Of a stretch of 64,000 nucleotides of DNA, positions 54,079 through 64,000 are shown in pieces. Both the position numbers and the translations under genes were made by a program. How positions within the stretch are numbered: position 1 is the stretch's first letter; every line of letters starts with the position of its first letter. The notes beneath the pieces were generated by a model. It was given only the letters and a program-made list of their open reading frames with translations. It was not told the DNA's origin and did not search any database. Origin of the DNA: an uncultured Gemmatimonadales bacterium (GTDB taxonomy: Bacteria > Gemmatimonadota > Gemmatimonadetes > Gemmatimonadales > GWC2-71-9); contig CAWHFW010000005.1 of assembly GCA_963828735.1 (NCBI GenBank), positions 1,696,001 through 1,760,000 on the forward strand, given 5' to 3'.

Positions 54079-55650
54079 CTACGCCCCGCCCGCCACCGCC
54101 CGCACCGCTGACACCACCCCCGGCTGGACAGCCACGTCCGCAAGCGCGGCCACCGCGCCGATCACCGTAACGACCGGGTTCTCGAGCCCGTCCCGGTCGG
54201 CCGCGTCGGCGATCGTGGCGAGCGTGGCCCGCGTGACCCGCTGCTCGGCCGTCGTGGCGCTCTGAATGCAGGCGGCCGGCGTCTCCGGGTCCCGGCCCGC
54301 CGCCACGAGCTGCGCGGTCAACGCGCCAAGGCTCGCTCGGCCCATCAGCACCACCAACGTATCCACGGCCGCCAGCCCACTGACGTCGATCGCTTCGCCC
54401 GACCCGTCGGCGGTGTGCGCCGTGACCACCGCGAACGAGCGTGCGAGCCCGCGCGCCGTCACCGGAATGCCCGCCGCGGCAGGCGCGGCGATGGCGCTGC
54501 TCACCCCCGGCACCACGTAGACCAGGACGCCCGCCTCGCGGCACGCGGCCGCCTCCTCGCTTCCTCGCCCGAAGACGAACGGGTCGCCGCCCTTGAGCCG
54601 GACCACGGTGTGACCGAGCCGCGCCCGTGCCACGAGCATCGCATTGATCTCGTGCTGAGCGTACGGCGCGTGTCCCGGACCCTTGCCGACGTCGATGAGC
54701 TCGGCGTCGGCGCGTGCTTCCTGGAGCAGCTCGGGTCCGATCAGGCGGTCGTGCACCACCACGTCCGCCGCGCGGAGGAGATCGAGCCCGCGTGAGGTGA
54801 TGAGGCCCGGGTCGCCGGGGCCGCCGCCGACCAGATGGACCGTCCCGGTCTTCTTCGGCGGCCCGGTCATGAGCCGGGGACGGAAGCGCCGCGCGGGCGG
54901 CGGCGTGTGCTTACGCGCCAGGTCGACGACGATCTCCTCGAGCCCGGCGTATCCCCCGACGGCGTCGTCGATCAGGAGCCGCCGGTCGTCCCCCACCCCC
55001 TCCCGCCAGCCCTCGATGGCAGGCAAGCCCGCCAGCAGGGGCACGTCCTCGACCGCATGGGTTCCTCCCCCGATCAGGAACGGGATCACCAGTACGGTCG
55101 GGCGGCGGACCGATGCGACCACGCGGTCGAGCGGGGGGTCGTCGTCCAGGAATCCGGCCGCCACGTGGCCCGCCACGCGCCGGCGCCGCAGCGTATCGGC
55201 AAGCAGCTCGGTGGCGGCCCGGCTCTTCGGGTGCCGGCCCGTGCCATGGCCCGCGATCACCAGCCCGACGTCTTCCCGATCGACGTGCCGATCGCGCAGC
55301 AGCTCGGTCACCCGGCGGGCAACGAGCGGGGCCACGCCGGGGTGGGTGCCGACCGGCGGCGTCTGCCGCAGCCGCACGCCGCCGAACCTCCGATTCCGGG
55401 CGAGCGCCTCGGGCAAGACGATCTCACTGTAGTATCCGGCGCTCGTCAGGAACGGGACGACCGTCACCTCCTCCGCCTCGAGCTCGTCGAGCACGGCATC
55501 GAATCCGGGCTCGCCCTGGTGGAACGCCACCGCGATCTCGTCGAAGAGCCGGCGCGCGCGCAGCGATTCGGCCAGCCGCCGCACCAGCGCGTTCGCGCAC
55601 GGCTCCCGCCGCGAGCCGTGCGCGGCGATGACCAGCGCCCGGCCGCTCAC
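54079..55650 (-). CDS. cobA: Fusion of CbiX/SirB-type chelatase and uroporphyrinogen-III C-methyltransferase
   Basis: N-terminal AHGSR, GHGT, G.H..ED. C-terminal VGGGPGDPGLIT, VRLKGGDPFVFGRG.EE, VPGVSSA. Confidence 0.88.
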   Translation of the reverse strand: MSGRALVIAAHGSRREPCANALVRRLAESLRARRLFDEIAVAFHQGEPGFDAVLDELEAEEVTVVPFLTSAGYYSEIVLPEALARNRRFGGVRLRQTPPVGTHPGVAPLVARRVTELLRDRHVDREDVGLVIAGHGTGRHPKSRAATELLADTLRRRRVAGHVAAGFLDDDPPLDRVVASVRRPTVLVIPFLIGGGTHAVEDVPLLAGLPAIEGWREGVGDDRRLLIDDAVGGYAGLEEIVVDLARKHTPPPARRFRPRLMTGPPKKTGTVHLVGGGPGDPGLITSRGLDLLRAADVVVHDRLIGPELLQEARADAELIDVGKGPGHAPYAQHEINAMLVARARLGHTVVRLKGGDPFVFGRGSEEAAACREAGVLVYVVPGVSSAIAAPAAAGIPVTARGLARSFAVVTAHTADGSGEAIDVSGLAAVDTLVVLMGRASLGALTAQLVAAGRDPETPAACIQSATTAEQRVTRATLATIADAADRDGLENPVVTVIGAVAALADVAVQPGVVSAVRAVAGGA

Positions 55651-57371
55651 CGGGCCACCTCCTGCGGCAACAGGTCGATCGTCGGCAGCTCGCGGCCGGT
55701 GACGACGGTGCGCTTCGCGCGGAGCCCCATCAGCCGCTGATAGAAGTCGCCCAGGCTCTCGTCACCGTCGCGCTCCGCCGCCCATCGGTGCAGCAGTGGA
55801 CGCATGGTGTCGAGCAGCTCCTCGATCGGTACGTCGGCCCGGTAGAGATCCACCAGCCGGTCGCCCGCGAGTCCTCCCCCGACGTACACGTTGTACAGCC
55901 CGAGCGAGCGACCCACGAACGCGAGATCCGCGGTATAGGGACGCGCACAGCCGTTGGGGCAGCCGGTCATGCGGATGGTGAGCGGCGCATCGCGCAGGCC
56001 GAGGTGCTCGAGCTCGGCCTCGAAGTGGTCGAGCAGGCCGGGAATCGCGCGCTCCGACTCGGCCACCGCGAGACCGCAGGTCGGCAGGGCGGGGCAGGCC
56101 ATGGAAAACCGCCGCGCGGCCGAGAGCCTCGTCGGCAGGGTGACGCCGTGGGCCTGGAGGATGCGCTCGACGGTCTCGATGCCGTCGGAGTCGAGGTCGG
56201 TGAGCAGCAGGTTCTGCTGGCCGGTGAGACGGATGCCGGGGCGCAGCCGTGCGACGATCTCGTGCAGCGCGCTCTTGAGCCGATGCGCTCCCGTGTCCAC
56301 GATCCGTCCGCTCTGGATGAACACGCCATAGAACCACCGCCCGTCGCTCTGTCGGTGACGGCCGAGGTGGTCGTGGAACGGGAGCCGCGGGAGGCTCACG
56401 GCCGGCGCGAGCGTGAACGACGCCCGCCGCTGGAACTCCTCGCGGAAGCGCGGCGTGCCCCAGTCGGCGAGGAGGTACTTGAGCCGCGCGTGCCGGCGAT
56501 CGCTCCGGTTCCCGTGGTCGCGGAAGATCGCGGCCACGATCCGCACGGCCTCGACGCCGTGCTCGGTCGGCACGAAGCCGAGCGGCTCGGCCAGGCGGGC
56601 GGCGGTGTCGCCCTTGTGGTGCGTCATGCCCAGGCCGCCGCCGACCAGCAGGTTGAAGCCGCGGATCCGCCCGTCCTCGACGATCGCGAGGAGCCCCACG
56701 TCGTGGGCCCAGATGTCCACGCAGTTGTCGGTCGAGAGGCCGACCGCGGTCTTGAACTTCCGCGGGAGGTAGCGGTCGCGGTAGAAGGGCTCTTCCTGCT
56801 CGGACGATTCCTGCTTCTCGCCGTCGAGCCAGATCTCGTGGTACGCCCGCGTCCCCGGGCGCAGCTCGACCGCGAGCGCTTCAGCGACGGCACGAACGGC
56901 GGCGTGATCGGCATCCGCGAGCGGCGCCGAGCACCCCATGACGTTGCGTTGGACGTCGCCGCAGGCGGAAATGGTCGTGAGGAGCGCCTCATTCACGCGC
57001 GCGATCGTGGGCTTGAGCTCGCCCTTGAGCACGCCGTGGAACTGAAAGCCCTGGCGGGTGGTGACCCGCAGGGTGGCGTTGCCATGCTCGTCGGCGATCC
57101 GCTCGAGGGCGAGGTACTGCTCCCCAGCCAGCTGTCCGGCGGGGATCGCCACCCGCACCATGAAGCTGTACGCCTTCTCGAGGCCGGCGGCCTCGAGCAC
57201 GCGGCGCGCGTCGCGATCGTCCTGCTGGTACGTGCCGTGGAACTTGAGCAGGGCGACGTCGTCGCCGCCGAAGTGCGTCCGGTCGGAGCCGAGCGTCTCG
57301 GCGATGGTGCCGCGCAGGTGATGGCCCTGGCGCTTGGCGACCTCGACCTTGGATTCCGGTTGTCCGGTCAT
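55647..57371 (-). CDS. cysI: Assimilatory sulfite reductase hemoprotein
   Basis: KFHGTYQQDDRD, TTRQ, ACGDVQRN, YLPRKFK, ACPALPTCGLA, RMTGCPNGCARPY. Confidence 0.93.
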   Translation of the reverse strand: MTGQPESKVEVAKRQGHHLRGTIAETLGSDRTHFGGDDVALLKFHGTYQQDDRDARRVLEAAGLEKAYSFMVRVAIPAGQLAGEQYLALERIADEHGNATLRVTTRQGFQFHGVLKGELKPTIARVNEALLTTISACGDVQRNVMGCSAPLADADHAAVRAVAEALAVELRPGTRAYHEIWLDGEKQESSEQEEPFYRDRYLPRKFKTAVGLSTDNCVDIWAHDVGLLAIVEDGRIRGFNLLVGGGLGMTHHKGDTAARLAEPLGFVPTEHGVEAVRIVAAIFRDHGNRSDRRHARLKYLLADWGTPRFREEFQRRASFTLAPAVSLPRLPFHDHLGRHRQSDGRWFYGVFIQSGRIVDTGAHRLKSALHEIVARLRPGIRLTGQQNLLLTDLDSDGIETVERILQAHGVTLPTRLSAARRFSMACPALPTCGLAVAESERAIPGLLDHFEAELEHLGLRDAPLTIRMTGCPNGCARPYTADLAFVGRSLGLYNVYVGGGLAGDRLVDLYRADVPIEELLDTMRPLLHRWAAERDGDESLGDFYQRLMGLRAKRTVVTGRELPTIDLLPQEVAR

Positions 57372-57378
57372 CGCTGCC

Positions 57379-58104
57379 TCATGCCTTTCGGGCCAGGTGT
57401 CGTGGAGCGTCGACGTGCAGGCCGCACTCCGTCTTGTCGGTGCCGGCCCAGCGGCCGGCGCGGGTGTAGTCGCGGGGACCCGCGCCGAGAACCGCGCTGG
57501 TGCAATGGGTGCAGCCCAGCGTCGGATAGCCGCGCTCGTGGAGCTCGTTGTAGGGCACGTCGTGCGCGACGACGTAGTCCCAGACGCGCCGGCGGTCCCA
57601 GCCGGCCAGCGGGTTCACCTGCACGAGCCGATAGGCGTCGTTCCATTGGAGCTCGCCGAGGCTGCTGCGTTCGCCGCCCTGGCTCCGCATGAGCCCGGTC
57701 ATCCACACGTCCACTCCTTCGAGCGCCCGCCGCATGGGCTCGACCTTCCGGATCGCGCAGCAGCGATCCGGATCGTGGCGCCAGAGCTCGGCGCCGTACC
57801 GCTCGGCCTGCGCCTCGGCCGTGAGCGTGGTGCCACGGTTCTCGAACCGGAGGTGTGGATAGCGCTCGACCATGCGGTCGCGCAGCGCGTACGTCTCGGG
57901 AAACAGGAACATCGTGTCCAGATAGACGACCGGGATCCGCACGCCGTGCCGCGCCACCATGTCGATGAGCGCGCAGCCCTCCATGCCGAACGACGTCGTC
58001 ACCACAAGGCGCCGGTCCGCGAAGCGACGGAGCGTCCACGCCACGATCTCTTCGGGGGTCGACTGCTCGGCGATCTCCGTCGCCGTCGTTCCGTGCGTCA
58101 GCAT
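57379..58104 (-). CDS. cysH: APS/PAPS reductase (Fe-S type, probably APS reductase)
   Basis: TSFG, LDT..LFPETY, CC.IRKVEP, GYPTLGCTHCT, RAGRW, ECGLH. Confidence 0.93.
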   Translation of the reverse strand: MLTHGTTATEIAEQSTPEEIVAWTLRRFADRRLVVTTSFGMEGCALIDMVARHGVRIPVVYLDTMFLFPETYALRDRMVERYPHLRFENRGTTLTAEAQAERYGAELWRHDPDRCCAIRKVEPMRRALEGVDVWMTGLMRSQGGERSSLGELQWNDAYRLVQVNPLAGWDRRRVWDYVVAHDVPYNELHERGYPTLGCTHCTSAVLGAGPRDYTRAGRWAGTDKTECGLHVDAPRHLARKA

Positions 58105-58126
58105 CTGCCCATGCTCTCCATGGCCC

Positions 58127-58164
58127 AAAAAAGGAAAAGCCCGCAGGACGTTGCCTGCGGGCTT
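58127..58164 (-). terminator. Intrinsic terminator (attenuator) upstream of cysH
   Basis: Minus strand AAGCCCGCAGG-CAACGT-CCTGCGGGCTT followed by TTCCTTTTTT. Confidence 0.85.
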
Positions 58165-58191
58165 CACACCATGCGCGTGAATGTCTGGCCG

Positions 58192-58299
58192 TTAGGTCGT
58201 CCGGTCGGGTGAGTCCTTCGCCATACAACAACAGGCCATCGCCCCCGCGAAGGGCGAGCGGGTGGCGAACCGAGGGGATACGGCCGAACGCATAATCAT
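58192..58299 (-). CDS. Cys-rich leader peptide, 35 aa (MIMRSAVSPRFATRSPFAGAMACCCMAKDSPDRTT)
   Basis: Three consecutive TGT codons (58233-58225), located between the promoter and the terminator of the cys operon. Not in the ORF track. Confidence 0.75.
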   Translation of the reverse strand: MIMRSAVSPRFATRSPFAGAMACCCMAKDSPDRTT

Positions 58300-58305
58300 A
58301 CGGTT

Positions 58306-58334
58306 AGCCTAAGGCTCACCGGCGGGGTTGTCAA
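58306..58334 (-). promoter_or_regulatory. sigma70 promoter of the cys leader (leaderless)
   Basis: TTGACA-N17-TAGGCT-N6-ATG(58299). Confidence 0.8.
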
Positions 58335-58430
58335 CACCCCCTGCAGCTCGCGCGTCACGGTTTGGTAGTGGAGGCCTTGGCGACGGAGTCCTTCGCCGCC
58401 TTTCGCCACGGAATCCGTGGACGTGAGGGG

Positions 58431-59000
58431 TTAGTTGGGCGAGGCGTCGAGCGACGGGGCACCCGGCGTGGCACGGCCCACGAAATTGTTCGCCCGGGCC
58501 GCCGTATCCGACGAATCCGTCAAACCGTCCGCGTCGGGAAGGCAGGAGAGGATCTTGGCCGCGCGCTGCGCGCCGCTGGGGTGCCAGGCGTCGAAGCGGA
58601 ACGGGCCCATGCGGGTGAAGAACTGGATCGCCGCATCCACGGCGGGGGACTCGCCCAGGGTCCGGGCGGCGTAGCAATCGGCCTCCAGCTCCTGGCGCGC
58701 GCGGAGGGCGCCCAGGTCTCCCTCACCCGCGGCGAGCGCGGCGCCCGTGTGACCGTAGCGCACGTGCCCGTACTCGTGGGCGAAGAAGTAGGCCTCGAGC
58801 TGCGGGCCGACCCGCTGCATCAGGACGGGATTGTAGTAGATGACCGGGCGTCCCTGCTCGAACGCGGCGAAAGCGACGTCCCGCAGCGTGTCGCTCGGGA
58901 CCTGCCGCACGTCGATCAGGCGCTGCAGCGCCGGGGCCCGATGGGTCCCGGCGGCCAGCAGCAGCGCCGCGAAGACGGTGGCGATCCAGAACCTGCGCAT
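58431..59000 (-). CDS. Secreted zinc metallopeptidase-like protein
   Basis: Signal peptide, FFAHEYGH, ELEADC, HP.G.QR. Confidence 0.75.
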   Translation of the reverse strand: MRRFWIATVFAALLLAAGTHRAPALQRLIDVRQVPSDTLRDVAFAAFEQGRPVIYYNPVLMQRVGPQLEAYFFAHEYGHVRYGHTGAALAAGEGDLGALRARQELEADCYAARTLGESPAVDAAIQFFTRMGPFRFDAWHPSGAQRAAKILSCLPDADGLTDSSDTAARANNFVGRATPGAPSLDASPN

Positions 59001-59252
59001 GGGCCCTCTGCTCGTGTACGAGCATTGCCGGTGCAACGTGAGGGCGGGGCGTCAAGTTCCGCTCAATGACGACGCCCTCGGCTTCGGTTCGAGCGCGAGG
59101 GCGTCGGGCGCGTCCGGGGACGGGCGCGGTCAGCGAAGCGGTCTCGTCGGTCGAACCAGCGTGAGCCTGGGGGTGGCCCAACGCGTCGTGCGATGGATCA
59201 AACGGGCTGCCCTGGTTGAGAGGGGGCTGGACGGGGTTTTGATGCCGGCTGA

Positions 59253-61256
<2,004 letters not shown>

Positions 61257-61278
61257 CCCGCGGCCCCGGCCCTCGGAG

Positions 61279-61896
61279 TCACTCCTTCTCCCCCAGGCTC
61301 AGCACCGGCAGCTCGAGCCGCCACAGGATCGCCGCGAGGCGCACGATCGCGATCGCCGCCATCCCCGCCGTCGCTGCGGGGTCGCGCGGCACGCCCTTCC
61401 ACTCGAGCAGCAGGTAGAGCGCCGCCCCGGCGATCGCCGAGCTCGCGTAGAGCTGCCCGCCCCGCATGATGAGCGGGATCTCCGCGCAGAGCACGTCGCG
61501 CACCACCCCGCCGGCGACACCCGTGATCACTCCCATCAGGCCCGCGAGCAGTCCCGACAGGCCGGCCTGCTGCGCGATCTGGACTCCGCTGATCGTGAAG
61601 AAGGCGAGGCCCAACGCGTCCGCGACGAACAGCGCGCGGAAGGCGGGTATGCGCAGGCGCGCATACATCAGGGTGAAACCGATCGCGACCAGGCAGACGA
61701 CGAGATAGGTCGGATCGGCGATCCAGAAGATCGGGTGCCGGTCGAGCAGGACATCCCGCAGCGTGCCGCCGCCGATCGCGGTGACCACCGCGACGACCGT
61801 CACGCCCAGCCAGTCCAGTTTCTTCCGTCCGGCCGCGAGGACGCCGCTCACGGCGAAGACGGCGACGCCCAACAGGTCGAGGACGTGCCGGGTCAT
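61279..61896 (-). CDS. Trimeric intracellular cation channel family (UPF0126/YadS-like) membrane protein
   Basis: FAVSG, TAIGGGTLRD, DALGLA, TGVAGGVVRD, LYA. Confidence 0.9.
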   Translation of the reverse strand: MTRHVLDLLGVAVFAVSGVLAAGRKKLDWLGVTVVAVVTAIGGGTLRDVLLDRHPIFWIADPTYLVVCLVAIGFTLMYARLRIPAFRALFVADALGLAFFTISGVQIAQQAGLSGLLAGLMGVITGVAGGVVRDVLCAEIPLIMRGGQLYASSAIAGAALYLLLEWKGVPRDPAATAGMAAIAIVRLAAILWRLELPVLSLGEKE

Positions 61897-62068
61897 CGCG
61901 GCCTCGCGGGATTCGTGGCGGTGGTGGTGGCCCTGGCCTCCGGCGAGGCGCCGGTCCGGCGCGGAAGACCACAAGCCGTGCGGGTGACGTGACGAGGTCG
62001 AGGCGAACCTAGAGTAGGAATCGGCCCAGATGCCGTCAAGGCCGCCGTGACTGTAGTTTAGACCAATC

Positions 62069-63910
62069 ATGTCCCACGAACGCATGCGCACCCTCATCGT
62101 CGACGACCACGACGAGCTTGGCCGACTCGTGGCGCGTCGGATCGCCGAGGTCGTACGCGCCCGTGCCGCCGAGGGCCGGCGGGCCGTGCTCGGTCTCGCC
62201 ACTGGCTCGACGCCGATCGGCGTCTACCGCGAGCTCGTCCGCCTGCACCAGCACGAGGGGCTCAGCTTCCGGAACGTCGTCACCTTCAATCTCGACGAGT
62301 ACTACCCGATGGACCCGGGGAGCGTGCACTCCTACCATCGGTTCATGTGGGAGCACCTGTTCTCCCAGCTCGACATTCCCCGCGAGCAGGTCCATCTCCT
62401 GCGCGGCGACATCCCCCGCACGGAGGTGGAGAACGAGGTCGCCTGCTACGAGGAGGCGATCCGCGAGGCCGGCGGCATCGACCTCCAGCTCCTCGGCATC
62501 GGGCGGACGGGGCACATCGGCTTCAACGAGCCCGGCTCGGGTGCGGAGAGCCGCACCCGCCTCATCACGCTCGACCACGTGACCCGGAAGGACGCGGCGG
62601 CCGATTTCTTCGGCGAGGAGAACGTCCCGCGCGAGGCGCTCACGATGGGCGTCGCCACGATCCTCGAGGCCCGCGAGATTCTCATCCTCGCGACCGGCGA
62701 GCACAAGGCCGCCATCGTGCGTCGGGCGGTCGAGGGCGAGGTGGACCACGAAGTCGCGGCCACGTTCCTCCAGCGCCATCCGAACACCACCTTCTTCGTG
62801 GACCGCGCCGCCGCGGCGGCGCTCACGCGCGAAGCGACGCCCTGGCTCCTCGGCGCCGTGGTCTGGACGCCCGGCCTCGTCGTCCGTGCGGTCGTTTGGC
62901 TCTCGCACCGCGCCGGCAAGGCGATCCTCAAGCTCACCTACCTCGATTACGCCGAGCACCGGCTCTCGTCGCTCGTAGCGCAGTTCGGGTCGCCCGGCGC
63001 GCTCAACGGGCTCGTCTTCAACACGCTCGGCGCCAAGATCCGCGGCCGCTCGAAGCTGCCGAGGGATCAGCGCGTGATCTGCTTCTCGCCGCACCCCGAC
63101 GACGACGTCATCTCCATGGGCGGCATCCTCCGCAAGCTGGTCGAGAACGAGAACGAGATCACGGTCGCGTACATGACCAGCGGCAACGTGGCCGTCTTCG
63201 ACCACGACGTGCGGCGCCATCTCGACTTCCTCCGGCGGCTCGCGGCCGAGGACCGCATCCCGGGCGACGCGGTGGATGGGCTCGGCCGGCGGGTGGACGA
63301 GTTCCTCGCCGGCAAGCACCCGGGCGACGTGGACATTCCCGAGGTGCTGGACGCCAAGCGGATCATCCGCGAGAGCGAGGCGGTGGCGGGCATCCGTACG
63401 CTCGGCCTCGATGACAGCGCCGCGCGCTTTCTGGACCTGCCGTTCTATCAGACGGGCATGGTGAAGAAGGCGCCGGTGGGCCCCGCCGACGTGGCGATCG
63501 TGCGCGCACTGCTCGAGGAGGTGTCGCCCGACCTCGTCTTCGTCGCCGGCGACCTCTCCGATCCTCACGGTACCCACCGCATGTGCAAGGAGGCGATCGA
63601 CCGCGCGCTCGCCGAGCACGTGGCGGCCGGCGGCCGGCGGCCGGAAGTGTGGCTCTACCGCGGCGCCTGGCAGGAGTGGCCGGTGACCGAGGCCACGTGG
63701 CTCGTGCCCCTCTCGCAGGAGGAGCTGCGCCTCAAAATCCAGGCGATCTTCAAGCACCAGAGCCAGAAGGACTCGGCGCCGTTTCCCGGCCCCGACGAGC
63801 GGGAATTCTGGCAACGGGTCGAGGCGCGGAACACCGGTACGGCGGCGGAGCTCGACCGGCTGGGGCTGGCGGAGTATTTCGCGATGGAGGCGTACGTGGT
63901 GGAGGGGTGA
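62069..63910 (+). CDS. nagB: Glucosamine-6-phosphate deaminase fused to a PIG-L/LmbE-like domain
   Basis: LGLATGSTP, FNLDEY, GIGRTGHIGFNEPG, then SPHPDDDVISMGG, DPHGTH, HQSQKD. Confidence 0.95.
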   Translation: MSHERMRTLIVDDHDELGRLVARRIAEVVRARAAEGRRAVLGLATGSTPIGVYRELVRLHQHEGLSFRNVVTFNLDEYYPMDPGSVHSYHRFMWEHLFSQLDIPREQVHLLRGDIPRTEVENEVACYEEAIREAGGIDLQLLGIGRTGHIGFNEPGSGAESRTRLITLDHVTRKDAAADFFGEENVPREALTMGVATILEAREILILATGEHKAAIVRRAVEGEVDHEVAATFLQRHPNTTFFVDRAAAAALTREATPWLLGAVVWTPGLVVRAVVWLSHRAGKAILKLTYLDYAEHRLSSLVAQFGSPGALNGLVFNTLGAKIRGRSKLPRDQRVICFSPHPDDDVISMGGILRKLVENENEITVAYMTSGNVAVFDHDVRRHLDFLRRLAAEDRIPGDAVDGLGRRVDEFLAGKHPGDVDIPEVLDAKRIIRESEAVAGIRTLGLDDSAARFLDLPFYQTGMVKKAPVGPADVAIVRALLEEVSPDLVFVAGDLSDPHGTHRMCKEAIDRALAEHVAAGGRRPEVWLYRGAWQEWPVTEATWLVPLSQEELRLKIQAIFKHQSQKDSAPFPGPDEREFWQRVEARNTGTAAELDRLGLAEYFAMEAYVVEG

Positions 63911-63949
63911 GCCGTTCGCGGGGCGGCATCGAGCGACGGCGCGCCGCGC

Positions 63950-64000
63950 TCAGTCCGTACGAAAGAGAATGTGCGGCGTCCCCTCGTGGGTCACCTCGCG
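63950..64000 (-). CDS. 3' end of a gene entering from the right edge (possibly GNAT)
   Basis: Open frame ...REVTHEGTPHILFRTD*. Confidence 0.35.
   Translation of the reverse strand, partial: REVTHEGTPHILFRTD

Noticed and set aside
55788..57692. 634-aa plus-strand ORF
   Set aside because: Antisense shadow of cysI/cysH.

Overview
GC-rich bacterial chromosomal segment, probably Gemmatimonadota (inferred from protein style, clade II nosZ and REP-like repeats; not proven). It has about 60 CDSs and no rRNA, tRNA, CRISPR array or intact transposase. The left half is accessory: secreted, hydrolase and VOC genes, a four-cupredoxin multicopper oxidase, and a porin operon preceded by a CutF/CruR-like CxxxC...PPPR leader whose 3' end can pair with the porin ribosome-binding site. 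The region 33-51 kb is a low-oxygen/N2O island: two-domain multicopper oxidase, Zn-ADH, CBS, Hsp20, two USPs, two hemerythrin-like paralogs, P1B-5 ATPase, OmpR-type regulator, DosS-like GAF kinase, Rrf2 and nosZ-B-D-F-Y. Eight promoters in this island share one architecture, TTCA-like boxes at 11-bp period followed by 12 nt and a TAnnnT -10. They include the promoter of the response regulator itself and, more weakly, nosZ, which outlines a candidate undescribed DosS-like/OmpR-type hypoxia regulon. The right end holds cysH-cysI-cbiX/cobA behind an unannotated leaderless Cys-Cys-Cys leader peptide with terminator and antiterminator, then TPP riboswitch-thiC and nagB. A riboswitch-like 5' UTR (24.2-24.4 kb), a probable CTG start codon, a homopolymer frameshift and two gene relics were also seen. 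All calls come from reading motifs by eye; no database searches were run.
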